A stretch of 57,572 nucleotides of DNA, filler included, from Clostridiaceae bacterium (lineage in GTDB: Bacteria; Bacillota; Clostridia; CAYPLH01; DUMO01), in assembly GCA_012839865.1 (NCBI GenBank). It is 5 parts of 5 records of this genome, joined end to end, with 100 filler letters (N's around TTAATTAATTAA, not from the genome) between each part and the next. Parts side by side here need not be neighbours in the genome. Positions count along the whole stretch, not along the records: positions 1 to 10,262 come from DUMO01000074.1; positions 10,363 to 15,988 come from DUMO01000077.1; positions 16,089 to 41,305 come from DUMO01000078.1; 2 more parts are not named here. One strand, given 5' to 3'. The notes beneath the pieces were generated by a model that was not told where the DNA came from, searched no databases, and saw only the letters and a list, made by a program, of their open reading frames with translations. Of the stretch, positions 9,728 to 18,967 are shown one piece after another; position 1 is the stretch's first letter; every line of letters begins with the position of its first letter. The translations under genes and the position numbers were made by a program.

Positions 9728-10262
9728 TATTTATTAAGTAATTACTGAATATTGCATTGAGCATGTCTGAAGCTGTCATCGAAAGTCCGGTCTTCAACTG
9801 CCCAAGGCTGCTGATCACTGCATCAAGGCTGTATTTCCCAAACAAAGCGGCCAGCATCTCAGTTACAGAAAGTTTCAGTTTTGCCAACAGATTGCCCACT
9901 GTGCCGGTGATTTCTTCAAGACTGCACTTCTCCAGCAATATTGTCAGTACCCCGGGACCCGTCATTGCAAGCTCGTTCACGAGATCATCCAGCACGTCGA
10001 TAATTCCGGCAAGTTTAAATTTCTTCAACAAAGCGTTCAGAATCTCTGACGCTGACGTTGACAGTTCTGTCAACAGTTCGCCTGCCATGTTGATGATTTC
10101 ATCAAGGTCATATTTACCGACCAGGATATCAAGCATTTCTGCTGCCGTCAGTCCCAATTGCAGCATCATCGCCCCCAGTATGTCGATGATTTCATCAAGG
10201 TCGTATTTCTCAAGGAGGGCGTTCAGTGTATCCAGGTTACCCATTTCGAGGTAATTCAGGAT
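9714..10262 (-). CDS. Repeat protein, upstream segment (5' truncated)
   Basis: Five consecutive 31-aa units, e.g. LGLTAAEMLDILVGKYDLDEIINMAGELLTE. Confidence 0.65.
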   Translation of the reverse strand: MLNYLEMGNLDTLNALLEKYDLDEIIDILGAMMLQLGLTAAEMLDILVGKYDLDEIINMAGELLTELSTSASEILNALLKKFKLAGIIDVLDDLVNELAMTGPGVLTILLEKCSLEEITGTVGNLLAKLKLSVTEMLAALFGKYSLDAVISSLGQLKTGLSMTASDMLNAIFSNYLINNGYC

Positions 10263-10362
10263 NNNNNNNNNNNNNNNNNNNNNNNNNNNNNNNNNNNNNN
10301 NNNNNNTTAATTAATTAANNNNNNNNNNNNNNNNNNNNNNNNNNNNNNNNNNNNNNNNNNNN
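10263..10362. other. Artificial contig spacer
   Basis: 44 N + TTAATTAATTAA (stops in all six frames) + 44 N, identical to three other spacers. Confidence 0.97.
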
Positions 10363-10773
10363 GCGCTGCTGGATGCAATTGGCCGGACCATAAACAAAAT
10401 CAACAATGTGCAAAAATATACTTCCGAAGAATACCGGGCTGAAAAAGTAATGTTTGTAATTATTACAGATGGTAAAGAAAACTCCAGCCGGGAATATTCC
10501 GCCCAAAAGGTTAAGGCAATGATTGAACGGCAAAAAACGCAGTATGGATGGGAATTTATTTTCCTTGGGGCGGATATCGATGCGGTTCAAAGCGCAGGGG
10601 ACTTTGGGATCAGTCCTGACAGGGCGATCCAATATATTAATGACAGTGAAGGGACGCAATTGAATTATGATGCAATAGCAAAAGCAGCGGCAGAATTCCG
10701 TAAGGCGGGAGCTTTTAACGAGGCTTACCTTGATGAAATTCGCGAGGATGTAAAGCGGCGGGGAAGGAAATAG
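10363..10773 (+). CDS. vWA-domain protein, 5' truncated
   Basis: In frame from the contig start: ALLDAIG (MIDAS T region), VIITDGKENSS, WEFIFLGA. Confidence 0.8.
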   Translation, partial: ALLDAIGRTINKINNVQKYTSEEYRAEKVMFVIITDGKENSSREYSAQKVKAMIERQKTQYGWEFIFLGADIDAVQSAGDFGISPDRAIQYINDSEGTQLNYDAIAKAAAEFRKAGAFNEAYLDEIREDVKRRGRK

Positions 10774-10926
10774 ATCGTAGATGCGACATTATTTCCTCCG
10801 GTTTTGTTAAGAAATTGAGGGCGTAGGGGGAACTATCTTTCTATGCCTTTTCTTTTGTAAGTATATTGATATAATAATAGAGTGTGTTAGGAATCTTTGT
10901 GCTGTCACAGCAGAGGAGGATATACT

Positions 10927-11271
10927 ATGGCAAAGTATGAAAGACGCCTTAAAGGCAATTTTGATGAGCTGTTGGACTGGCTTCATGAAGATATTACAAG
11001 TGGCATATCAGCCAGCTATGAAGACGGAAGCGATTATACCATTGGAACAGTTAAAGTGGCGGTTCGTGTATATGAACGTTACAGTCTCCTGGGGAAAAAC
11101 CGTGTAAGCCTTAATTTAACTCTTGTCGGAGATGGACCAAGGTTATTTGTTACAGCTATTTCATCCGGGGGCAGTCAGGCAGTTTTTTTCAAGATTAATA
11201 CTATTGGGGAAAGTTCGTTCCTTGATCTATGTGCTGAATCGGTTGAAAGATATATTTCGCAGAGAGGGTAA
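10927..11271 (+). CDS. DUF6054-like protein
   Basis: RBS AGAGGAGG, ATG at 10927. VYERYS..NRVSL and SGGSQAVFFKINT resemble this family from recall. Confidence 0.7.
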   Translation: MAKYERRLKGNFDELLDWLHEDITSGISASYEDGSDYTIGTVKVAVRVYERYSLLGKNRVSLNLTLVGDGPRLFVTAISSGGSQAVFFKINTIGESSFLDLCAESVERYISQRG

Positions 11272-11411
11272 GCTAGTGGAAATAGAAAGGGACAAAGGAT
11301 GGAAAAAACATAGGATAAATGATTTTCCTTTCTGTGTTTTAATATTGCCAATGATTCGCCAGAGGGACTTGTTTTAATATAATACACAGAAAACTTTACA
11401 CTTCCATTTAA

Positions 11412-11636
11412 TTATCTACTATTGTCCTTGTATGCTTCATATGATTCATCTACTCTCCACCTCTCCTTTTTTACTTTTTTAACGTACTCCTTTAACTTTT
11501 CTTTGCTTAAAATATCTATCCCTACCAGTTTATAATCTCCAGGTATATATAAAGGTGGTTCTCCGTATATCAGCCCAGGCCCATTGGTATGAGAATAATG
11601 GGACAGGTAAATAGGCAAAGGAAAGCAACACGGCAT
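11412..11636 (-). CDS. Small hypothetical protein
   Basis: 74-aa ORF with RBS AAAAGGA 5 nt upstream. No recognisable domain. Confidence 0.3.
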   Translation of the reverse strand: MPCCFPLPIYLSHYSHTNGPGLIYGEPPLYIPGDYKLVGIDILSKEKLKEYVKKVKKERWRVDESYEAYKDNSR

Positions 11637-11770
11637 GAATGTCCTTTTAATGTTCCATTATTGTTTGTATATTGTTATAATTAATCTGTAAGTGCAATAA
11701 AGATAAGTATGATTTTATTAAATTGAAAAGCACAGATTGGTAAACTGCTTTTCCGGGAGGTAAGTATCCA

Positions 11771-12739
11771 TTGAAAAAATACATAGTTGTTGCAGCAGGT
11801 GTGGTTGTAGTAATATTACTGATATTTTCAATAATGATTAACTCACGGCTTGAAAGAATTGAACAGGCACTGGACAATCAAAGAGGCTATATCCAAAGCC
11901 TGGATAACGGGATAAGTCAGATTAGAAATCAAATAAGCTCTGTAACCGACAATATAAGGCAGGCTTTGGAGGAGCAGCAAAAGGTTGTGGCGGATGCTTA
12001 TCACACTACCTTAGGCTATGACAAGAGCACGAAAATTGCCGATATGAGGATATCTGTGACCTTCAAGGAGATGGAAAAGAACAGTGAAGTGCTGCTGAAA
12101 ACCGTAAGAAACTCAGAAGTTTCCACAGTCCCCATGAAAGCCGAGGGAGGGCTAAGCTATAGTGTGGACATAAAAGCGGGACTGGATGACGAAATAAGCT
12201 TTTCTGCCGTTATTGATGGTTCAGTTTTGAAAGAAGAGTATTTGTTTGATTTGTGTTATAAGGATTTGCTGGAAAACAGAATTAATATAGACTCCCGCGG
12301 ATGGGGGACGTCCTATTGGCAAACAGACAAAAAAGTCGAATATAACAGTGATTTTGGGATCACCAACAAGCATGACGGGGATAAATCGTTATATATGGAT
12401 TACTGCAAAGTTGTCTTGCAGGCTGACGGAAAAACGGTTTTCAGTAAAGAATGGAGCGCAGACAATGATGAGATTTATTCCGATGGAGATTATGATAGAA
12501 TAAAAGTTCAGATGGGTGGCTATGAAAGCCCGCTTCAATTCAGCTCAGAAAAAGATACGGAGTTGGAATTGATTGTTACAGTTATTGACAATCTGGGTCT
12601 CACTTATGAATACAGGGAGAAAGAAACCCTTTTTGCCAGGGATTCTGCCCAGGGCAGCAGCAATTCCGGTACACATACCGAACGGCTTATAGAAAAACCC
12701 ATTGAGCCGGGATATAATGAATTCAGGCTGGTGGATTAA
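11771..12739 (+). CDS. Membrane-anchored extracytoplasmic protein with coiled coil
   Basis: RBS GGGAGG, TTG start, N-terminal TM helix, heptad-rich aa 25-75, beta-rich C-terminus. Confidence 0.75.
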   Translation: MKKYIVVAAGVVVVILLIFSIMINSRLERIEQALDNQRGYIQSLDNGISQIRNQISSVTDNIRQALEEQQKVVADAYHTTLGYDKSTKIADMRISVTFKEMEKNSEVLLKTVRNSEVSTVPMKAEGGLSYSVDIKAGLDDEISFSAVIDGSVLKEEYLFDLCYKDLLENRINIDSRGWGTSYWQTDKKVEYNSDFGITNKHDGDKSLYMDYCKVVLQADGKTVFSKEWSADNDEIYSDGDYDRIKVQMGGYESPLQFSSEKDTELELIVTVIDNLGLTYEYREKETLFARDSAQGSSNSGTHTERLIEKPIEPGYNEFRLVD

Positions 12740-12771
12740 AATAAGATGAAGCCGTGAATTATAAAAGCATT

Positions 12772-12815
12772 AAGCTCGCAAAATACCGGATAAAAACGGT
12801 TTGCGGGCTTTTTTT
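12772..12815 (+). terminator. Intrinsic terminator
   Basis: AAGCTCGCAAA / TTTGCGGGCTT stem followed by a T run. Confidence 0.7.
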
Positions 12816-13110
12816 ATAGATGAGGCTGCTATTGGAATGTTCATATTTCCTCAACTGACTTTATTATAGGGTCATTTGGATAGTGCTTTTGTTTCCTGTA
12901 ACTAACGCAGCACCTGTAAATGTTGAAATCACTAATTTACTGCCAAAACCTGGCGTAAGTCAAATTCTTCTTGCATGAATTTAAAAAAGACGTTATATTA
13001 TTATTCATATATCTTTGAATTGCGCCGGGAAACCGGGCGGAAAATCAAGTTTCAACCAAAATCGACCGTGGTACATATAATTCATAATTTTAAGCTTAAG
13101 AGGTGGAACA

Positions 13111-14028
13111 ATGCCAATAAACATACCAAATAATTTACCGGCTTACGAAACACTTACCAATGAAAATATATTTGTCATGACTGAGGAAAGGGCTGTACAC
13201 CAGGATATCAGGCCTTTGAGAATAGCGATTTTGAACCTCATGCCCACCAAAGTCGTTACGGAAACGCAACTCCTGCGCTTAATCGGAAACACCCCCCTTC
13301 AGGTGGATGTGGCGCTTTTGCATCCAAAGACTCACGTATCCAAGAATACACCGGCTGAGCACTTGTCAACTTTCTATAAAACCTTTGATGATGTAAAGAA
13401 TGAGCGGTTTGACGGGCTTATTATAACAGGAGCGCCTGTGGAGCTACTTTCCTTTGAAGAAGTGGATTACTGGGATGAACTTACCAGGATAATGGAATGG
13501 AGCGTGCGCAATGTTTTCTCCACTCTTTATATATGCTGGGGAGCCCAGGCAGGGCTGTATTACCATTACGGAATTCCCAAGCACCCGCTGAAGGAAAAGA
13601 TGTTTGGGGTCTTTGAGCACAGGATAAATAAAAAAAATGTAAAGTTGTTCAGGGGTTTTGATGATGTATTTTATATACCTCATTCAAGGCATACGGAGGT
13701 CAGGCGTGAAGACATTGAAAAGGTGCATGAGCTTGAAATCTTGTCTGAGTCTGATGAAGCGGGTGTCTTCATAGTATCGGCAAAGAACGGAAGACAGATT
13801 TTTGTGACCGGTCATTCCGAATATGACCCGCTGACCTTGAAATACGAATACGAACGGGACCTTGCAAGGGGGCTTCCGATTAAGACACCCAGGAATTACT
13901 TTCCTGGTGATAATCCCGAAAAGGATCCTGTAGTTAGGTGGAGGGGGCATGCCAACCTTCTTTTTGCAAACTGGCTGAACTACTATGTATATCAGGAGAC
14001 GCCCTATGATTTGAATGAGCTGGAATAG
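13111..14028 (+). CDS. metA: Homoserine O-acyltransferase, predicted O-acetyltransferase (MetAA type)
   Basis: ILNLMP, ICWGAQA, HSRHTE, TGHSEY. TGAPVE carries the Glu that marks acetyl-CoA specificity (Gly in succinyltransferases). Confidence 0.95.
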   Translation: MPINIPNNLPAYETLTNENIFVMTEERAVHQDIRPLRIAILNLMPTKVVTETQLLRLIGNTPLQVDVALLHPKTHVSKNTPAEHLSTFYKTFDDVKNERFDGLIITGAPVELLSFEEVDYWDELTRIMEWSVRNVFSTLYICWGAQAGLYYHYGIPKHPLKEKMFGVFEHRINKKNVKLFRGFDDVFYIPHSRHTEVRREDIEKVHELEILSESDEAGVFIVSAKNGRQIFVTGHSEYDPLTLKYEYERDLARGLPIKTPRNYFPGDNPEKDPVVRWRGHANLLFANWLNYYVYQETPYDLNELE

Positions 14029-14118
14029 TCAATAAAGTGAAGGCGTATCCCGGCTCAGAATGAATCAGATATTGTCACCATATAACAAATTGTACCGGTA
14101 GGGAAGATATTTATATGA

Positions 14119-14322
14119 GTGGGAAATATTAATAATGGTGTAAAAAATCAAACAACGGCGGTGCATGGATGGAAAGGTTGCGGCCCCCATACCGGGGCAG
14201 TGAGTTTTCCCATAAACCAGAGTGCGGCTTTCAGGCATCCGGCACTATATCAATCAACGGGGTATGACTATTCGTGTACCGCTGCATGCTTGCAAAAGGG
14301 AAAACAATATAATATATTATGA
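14119..14322 (+). pseudogene. N-terminal remnant of a cystathionine gamma-synthase/lyase (MetI/MetB family)
   Basis: TTAVHG..PHTGAVSFPINQSAAFRHP..STGYDYS matches the family N-terminus. Similarity stops at about 14274, then a stop and terminator. Confidence 0.7.
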
Positions 14323-14325
14323 TTA

Positions 14326-14358
14326 TCTCCGGTAAGTTTTAAAGCAACTTACCGGAGA
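14326..14358. terminator. Bidirectional terminator-like hairpin
   Basis: Perfect 13-bp IR TCTCCGGTAAGTT / AACTTACCGGAGA between convergent units. Confidence 0.7.
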
Positions 14359-14419
14359 ATAATCACACTACAGTGTTAATGAGGGAAAAGAAAGAGGTAC
14401 ATTAAATTGTGTTCCAAAT

Positions 14420-15337
14420 TTACTGGGGAGGTTCAATTTCTCGGACGCTGAACCATTTAAAGTCTGTGTTGGTTGCGCTGTCCCAACGGAAAGTAACTAT
14501 TGGTCCTCCCCAGGTTATAATCTGGTCCGGAGACGCATATGGCGGTCCGCCTTTCCCTGACTGAGGCCATGCTTCATCACCCCATCCGCCGTCGTCAACG
14601 TATTCATTTATTTTTACCCAGTTGGTTTTGCTCTGGTTTTCGTCTACCCATAGTTCAAGCTTTACACAGGTCTTTCCGTTTTTCACAAAATTGTACGCAA
14701 CGAATTTAATGCCTACCCATCTGTCCTCCATATCGTCAATCTTGTCATAAATATTGGAGGCAAAGGAGTACCCGTTTGCATGCCATTGTTCTTTTGCAAA
14801 ACGTGTTCTTCCGCTGTAGAAAAGGTGGCCCTTATAGGCTGTGCCTTCATACTTTTCGTCGTCATAATGCCTTCCGCCACGAACATACCATGCAAAATTA
14901 TCGTCCTCAGAGAATGAATTGACTTTTACATAACCTGTTATTTCAACATTCTTCCAGTCTCCGGGATCCTGCATGTAGCCTTTTTGTGCAAGCAAAGCCT
15001 GGTTGTAGGTATCTATTCTTTCAGGATGATAGCCACTTGCTGTGAATACATTCATGCGGACCTTGGTGGACCTTGTTTTCCATGAGCCGTCAGAGTTCCT
15101 GGTTATGGTTGTTTTTGGGTCAAAACGGCTTAGATCTATGGTTGGATTGTCCATGTTCATAAACCATTCATCCCCACCCTGCTTGGTTGGGTATAGCATT
15201 TTGATGCCAAAAACATCTACCTGGCTGCCGGGAGGTGTTGGTGGTGGTGTTGTCGGCGGTGTTGTAGGTGGTGGTGTTGTCGGTGGAGTTGTCGGAGGTG
15301 GCGTCGGTTCACCGCCTGAAGTCAGTGAATATACTCC
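14420..15337 (-). pseudogene. 5'-truncated modular carbohydrate protein: Pro/Thr linker plus uncharacterised beta-rich C-terminal domain
   Basis: PT linker at 15228-15310 then a coherent Trp/Tyr-rich domain. Above 15337 the ORF is only the antisense of the plus-strand CBM32 gene, and ATG 15502 has no RBS. Confidence 0.7.
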
Positions 15338-15338
15338 A

Positions 15339-15988
15339 CCGGATAAATATGAATATATTGTGGCATTGCCCATAGGCACAACACAGGTTCCAATGGTTGA
15401 GGCATATTCGAATGTGAATAAGGTTTCGGTGGAACAGGCACCCGGCACTACCGGTGTTGCAAAGATAAAAGTTATTGATGCAAATAATGAAGAAGAAGGC
15501 ATATATTACACAGTTACATTCTTCGTATTAACAGATAAGCGTGTAATTGCCAGCGGGGACGATGGCAATGTGCCTGAGAATACCATAGATGGTGATCTTG
15601 GCACAAGGTGGTCTGCAGCCGGAGAGCAGTGGATTCAGTATTACCTTGGCGGTGTTCAGAAAGTCAATGGGCTTACAATAGCCACATTCCGTGGTAACGA
15701 AAGAAAGGCCTACTTTGACATACAAACTACAATAGACGGTGTGAACTGGACTACTGTTCATACAGGAGGGGCCAGTGGAACTACCGACAAACCTGAAGTA
15801 TACAAGTTTGAACCTGTTGAAGCCGTTTATGTACGAATAATGGGATATGGCAACTCGGATAACAACTGGAACAGCTTCACGGAAGTTATTATTCATACCG
15901 GAGATGATATACCGGAAATACCCGCTGCTGAAGATCCATCCGGTGGAGATGCCTTTGTAGTGGTCGAAGGAGCAGAGCTTTTGAAGGA
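15339..15988 (+). pseudogene. 5'-truncated gene: Ig-like beta-sandwich plus CBM32 (F5/8 type C) domain, runs into the gap
   Basis: PDKYEYIVALPIGTTQVP..YYTVTF, then ASGDDGNVPENTIDGDLGTRWSA..YVRIMGYGNSDNNWNSFTEV. No credible start. Confidence 0.78.
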
Positions 15989-16088
15989 NNNNNNNNNNNN
16001 NNNNNNNNNNNNNNNNNNNNNNNNNNNNNNNNTTAATTAATTAANNNNNNNNNNNNNNNNNNNNNNNNNNNNNNNNNNNNNNNNNNNN
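15989..16088. other. Artificial contig spacer
   Basis: 44 N + TTAATTAATTAA + 44 N. Confidence 0.97.
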
Positions 16089-16328
16089 GATTCCCTTGAC
16101 TGGAAACCGGAAATAACTCCGGAATCAATTATCAGCAGGGTTATAAACAAGACAAAGCCTGGATCCATCCTGCTTTTTCACAATGACACAAAACATACTG
16201 CCGAGGTTTTGCCGGTTATCCTGCAGCAGTTAAAAAGCAAGGGGTTTACCTTTGTACCTGTTTCTGAACTGATTTACAGGGATAACTTCTTTATTGACCA
16301 TGACGGGACTCAAAGAATAAAAAAATAA
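16089..16328 (+). CDS. Polysaccharide deacetylase (PdaB-like), C-terminal part
   Basis: Not in the ORF track. DSLDWKP..KPGSILLFHND..LKSKGFTFVPVSELIY are NodB motifs 4-5. Confidence 0.85.
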   Translation, partial: DSLDWKPEITPESIISRVINKTKPGSILLFHNDTKHTAEVLPVILQQLKSKGFTFVPVSELIYRDNFFIDHDGTQRIKK

Positions 16329-16806
16329 ATAAATTTACTGGAAGACGTATCAAAAAAATCTCTTGCCAGCTTTTGCCATACTAATGCAAATAAAATAGCA
16401 GGCATGTCGAATAGTGAAGAAAAATAATGTTTTTGATTGCGAAAATGGAAATTTGGAATAATATAATTTGCATTAGTTAAAATTTGTAATATAATAAATG
16501 TAGTTAATGTTTGGGTGAATTTTATACCGGCTTATGCAAACGAGCCTTGGGATTGTTGAATAATTTGAATAATTGCTTTTTTAAAAAGAAGTTTTACTGT
16601 TTCCGTCGCAATGCTTTGTATTTAAACATATAGTAGGGTATTGATTTGTTACTGCAACAATGTTTTTTTCCAAATAGCTTATTAAGTAATTATTAATTGA
16701 TACTATTTTTTACGAATTACTTCTAAAGAAAGAATTTAATGAATAATATTACATGAGAAAAATTTTAAGATATACAGAAGCATAAGAAGAGGAGAGTGGG
16801 GGGCTA

Positions 16807-17469
16807 ATGGTTGGTAACATTATAGAGAACAATATGGTTACCATTGCCGGTAAAGTTGTGTCTGATCTTGAATTCAGCCACGAAGTTTATGGAGAAGGTT
16901 TTTACCGGATGTATTTGGAAGTACCCAGATTAAGCAATACTTACGATTTAATACCTGTTACGATTTCGGAACGTCTTTTAAAGGATAAAATTCAAAAAGG
17001 CAACTGTATTGAACTGGAGGGTCAATTCCGCTCTTACAATAGTTACAGCAGCGAAGGAAACAAACTTATACTTACGGTATTTGCTAGAGAATTCAGGCTT
17101 TTGGACAGTGTTGAAAGCGTCAAAAATCCCAATCAGGTATTTTTAAACGGTTTTATATGCAAAAAGCCGGTATACAGAATGACGCCCTTTGGCCGGGAAA
17201 TAACTGATATCTTGTTGGCAGTGAACCGTCCATATAATAAATCCGACTACATACCTTGCATATCTTGGGGGAGAAATGCAAGATATTCCGAGAGTTTAAA
17301 TGTCGGGGATAATCTGAAAATCTGGGGAAGAGTCCAAAGCAGAACATATCAGAAGACACTTGAAACAGGAGAAGTGATAACTAAAGTTGCATATGAAGTT
17401 TCCATATCCAAAATGAAAAAATGCAAAAATGAAGATAAATTTGCAACCAGCGGGGTGCAAGGAGAATAG
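16807..17469 (+). CDS. ssb: Single-stranded DNA-binding protein with two OB folds (clostridial type)
   Basis: FSHEVYGEGFY..RLS, LEGQFRSYN, and a second fold YRMTPFGREITD..SDYIPCISWGRNA. Confidence 0.88.
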   Translation: MVGNIIENNMVTIAGKVVSDLEFSHEVYGEGFYRMYLEVPRLSNTYDLIPVTISERLLKDKIQKGNCIELEGQFRSYNSYSSEGNKLILTVFAREFRLLDSVESVKNPNQVFLNGFICKKPVYRMTPFGREITDILLAVNRPYNKSDYIPCISWGRNARYSESLNVGDNLKIWGRVQSRTYQKTLETGEVITKVAYEVSISKMKKCKNEDKFATSGVQGE

Positions 17470-17538
17470 GTAATAATCGAGATTTATTTATATTGGCATA
17501 ATCGAAGTTTTTTTAAATGCTTCAGTATAAATTCAAAC

Positions 17539-17577
17539 ATATGGCGGGTAAATAATAAATTTACCTGCATATTTTTA
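17539..17577 (+). terminator. Intrinsic terminator after ssb
   Basis: ATATGGCGGGTAAAT / ATTTACCTGCATAT followed by TTTT. Confidence 0.6.
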
Positions 17578-17920
17578 TATGTAATTTGATTTATTTATAA
17601 TGGGTCTGACAAATATATAATGATGACATATTACTATTCTTGCTTTTCCAAAGCGTATTAATCCATTTATAAATATGAAATTTACCCATGGATCTGAAAT
17701 GCTGCCTGAAACATCATGCAAACAATTCTTGTATGTATTACTGACATGTCAAATTAAATAAAATTAACTCCTTAACCTGTAGGGACCTTGTAACCTGCAT
17801 ACATAATGCTGCCTGGATGTTTTTTGATACATAAATATTAATAATAAAATTAAATGTCTATATCAGTTAAGTAATTAGTGATAGAATATAATAGAAGTAA
17901 ACATATATTCTATAGCAGAG

Positions 17921-18967
17921 GTGACGCACATGTACAAAACGCTGAAGGTTGCTATTTTGGTCATAATACTTATTATTGCTTTAGTTGCATGCAAAGGCTG
18001 GCAAAAGCCGGTTGAATCTGAGAATTTTTTAATGGGGACAATTATCAGCCAAAGAGTATACGGAAAAAATGCCCAAAAGGCTATAGATGCTGTCAACAGA
18101 AGGATTCTTGAGTTGGAGGAATTGATGACCGTTAACAGGTCCGCCGGAGATGCAAGCAAAATAAATGAGATGTCAGGAAAGAGCCTGGTTCCAATTGATC
18201 AATCTACATTGCAGGTGTTGAAGAAAGCAGTTTACTTCAGCAGGTTAACCGGTGGTGCTTTTGACGTTACAGTCGGAAAAATTGTACAGCTTTGGGGAAT
18301 AAGCACTGATAATCCCAATGTACCGGACAAGCAGGAAATCCTTGATTCTTTAAAACTTGTCAATTATGAAGATATTATCATAGATGAATACAGCTGCTCT
18401 GCTGGTCTTAGATATGAAAACCAGTCTATTGACCTTGGTGGCATAGCCAAAGGCTATGCAGGTGATGAAGCTATCCGGTTGTATAAGGAATATGGAATTA
18501 CTTCTGCATATATCAATCTTGGCGGTAATGTGGTTGTCTTAGGTAAAAAGCCTGACGGAAGTCCATGGAGAATAGGAATACAGAATCCCAGGTCAAGCAA
18601 TGGAAAATATATCGGGATTGTAGAAGTTGCCGACAAGACAGTGGTTACATCAGGGGATTACGAACGTTTTTTTGAAAAGGACGGAGTGCGCTATCATCAT
18701 ATTATTGACCCAAAAACCGGTTATCCCTCAAATTCTGATTTAATTAGTTCAACTATTATTGCAGATGTATCTGTTGATGCCGATGCACTTTCTACGTCTA
18801 CTTTTATAATGGGTCTGGAAAAGTCGATTGATTTTGTGGAAAACCTCGAAGGTGTTGAAGGAATATTTATCACAAAGGACAAAAAAGTTTATGCAACTTC
18901 CGGGTTAAGGGATTCATTCCGGTTCAGTGACGAAAGCGGTGAGTTTGAGTATGTTGAAAAAAGGTGA
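17921..18967 (+). CDS. apbE: FAD:protein FMN transferase lipoprotein (ApbE/FmnB)
   Basis: Lipobox LVAC, LMGT, GAFDVTVG, DLGGIAKGY, TSGDYER, HHIIDPKTG, ADALST. Confidence 0.93.
   Translation: MTHMYKTLKVAILVIILIIALVACKGWQKPVESENFLMGTIISQRVYGKNAQKAIDAVNRRILELEELMTVNRSAGDASKINEMSGKSLVPIDQSTLQVLKKAVYFSRLTGGAFDVTVGKIVQLWGISTDNPNVPDKQEILDSLKLVNYEDIIIDEYSCSAGLRYENQSIDLGGIAKGYAGDEAIRLYKEYGITSAYINLGGNVVVLGKKPDGSPWRIGIQNPRSSNGKYIGIVEVADKTVVTSGDYERFFEKDGVRYHHIIDPKTGYPSNSDLISSTIIADVSVDADALSTSTFIMGLEKSIDFVENLEGVEGIFITKDKKVYATSGLRDSFRFSDESGEFEYVEKR

Larger units (their letters stand above)
6715..10262 (-). pseudogene. Giant acidic alpha-helical tandem-repeat protein gene (>1,180 codons), two frameshifts, 5' end lost at the contig break
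   Basis: Three overlapping ORFs share one 31-aa repeat pattern. Repeat register is restored across both junctions by removing a 4-bp duplication (9728-9735) and adding about 8 nt at 7900-7912. The frame is open to the gap (ILNYLEMGNL...). Confidence 0.7.

Noticed and set aside
6715..10262. Repeat protein as a phage tape measure or prophage gene
   Set aside because: No phage genes on this contig, it has its own terminator, and the 31-aa acidic repeat lacks the aromatic 11/18-aa periodicity of tape measures.
10263..10362. TTAATTAATTAA flanked by N runs, four times, as a biological repeat or recombination site
   Set aside because: Identical 44+12+44 layout with stops in six frames: a contig-concatenation linker. 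Cross-spacer gene neighbourhoods were not interpreted.
10315..10659. ORF-track entries running into N runs (also 15042-16040 as one protein)
   Set aside because: These are artefacts of the gap and of antisense read-through. The real coding parts are listed separately.
10363..11271. vWA plus DUF6054 as a MoxR/vWA or ter-type stress system
   Set aside because: The vWA gene is cut by the contig edge and no ATPase, kinase or phosphatase partner is visible, so there is no support.
12830..13110. SAM riboswitch or T-box upstream of metA
   Set aside because: No S-box core or T-box sequence/terminator could be found. Only a plausible TTGCAT-N17-TATATT promoter.
15228..15310. GGT/GTT-rich tandem repeat as a DNA element
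   Set aside because: Explained as the coding sequence of a Pro/Thr linker on the minus strand.
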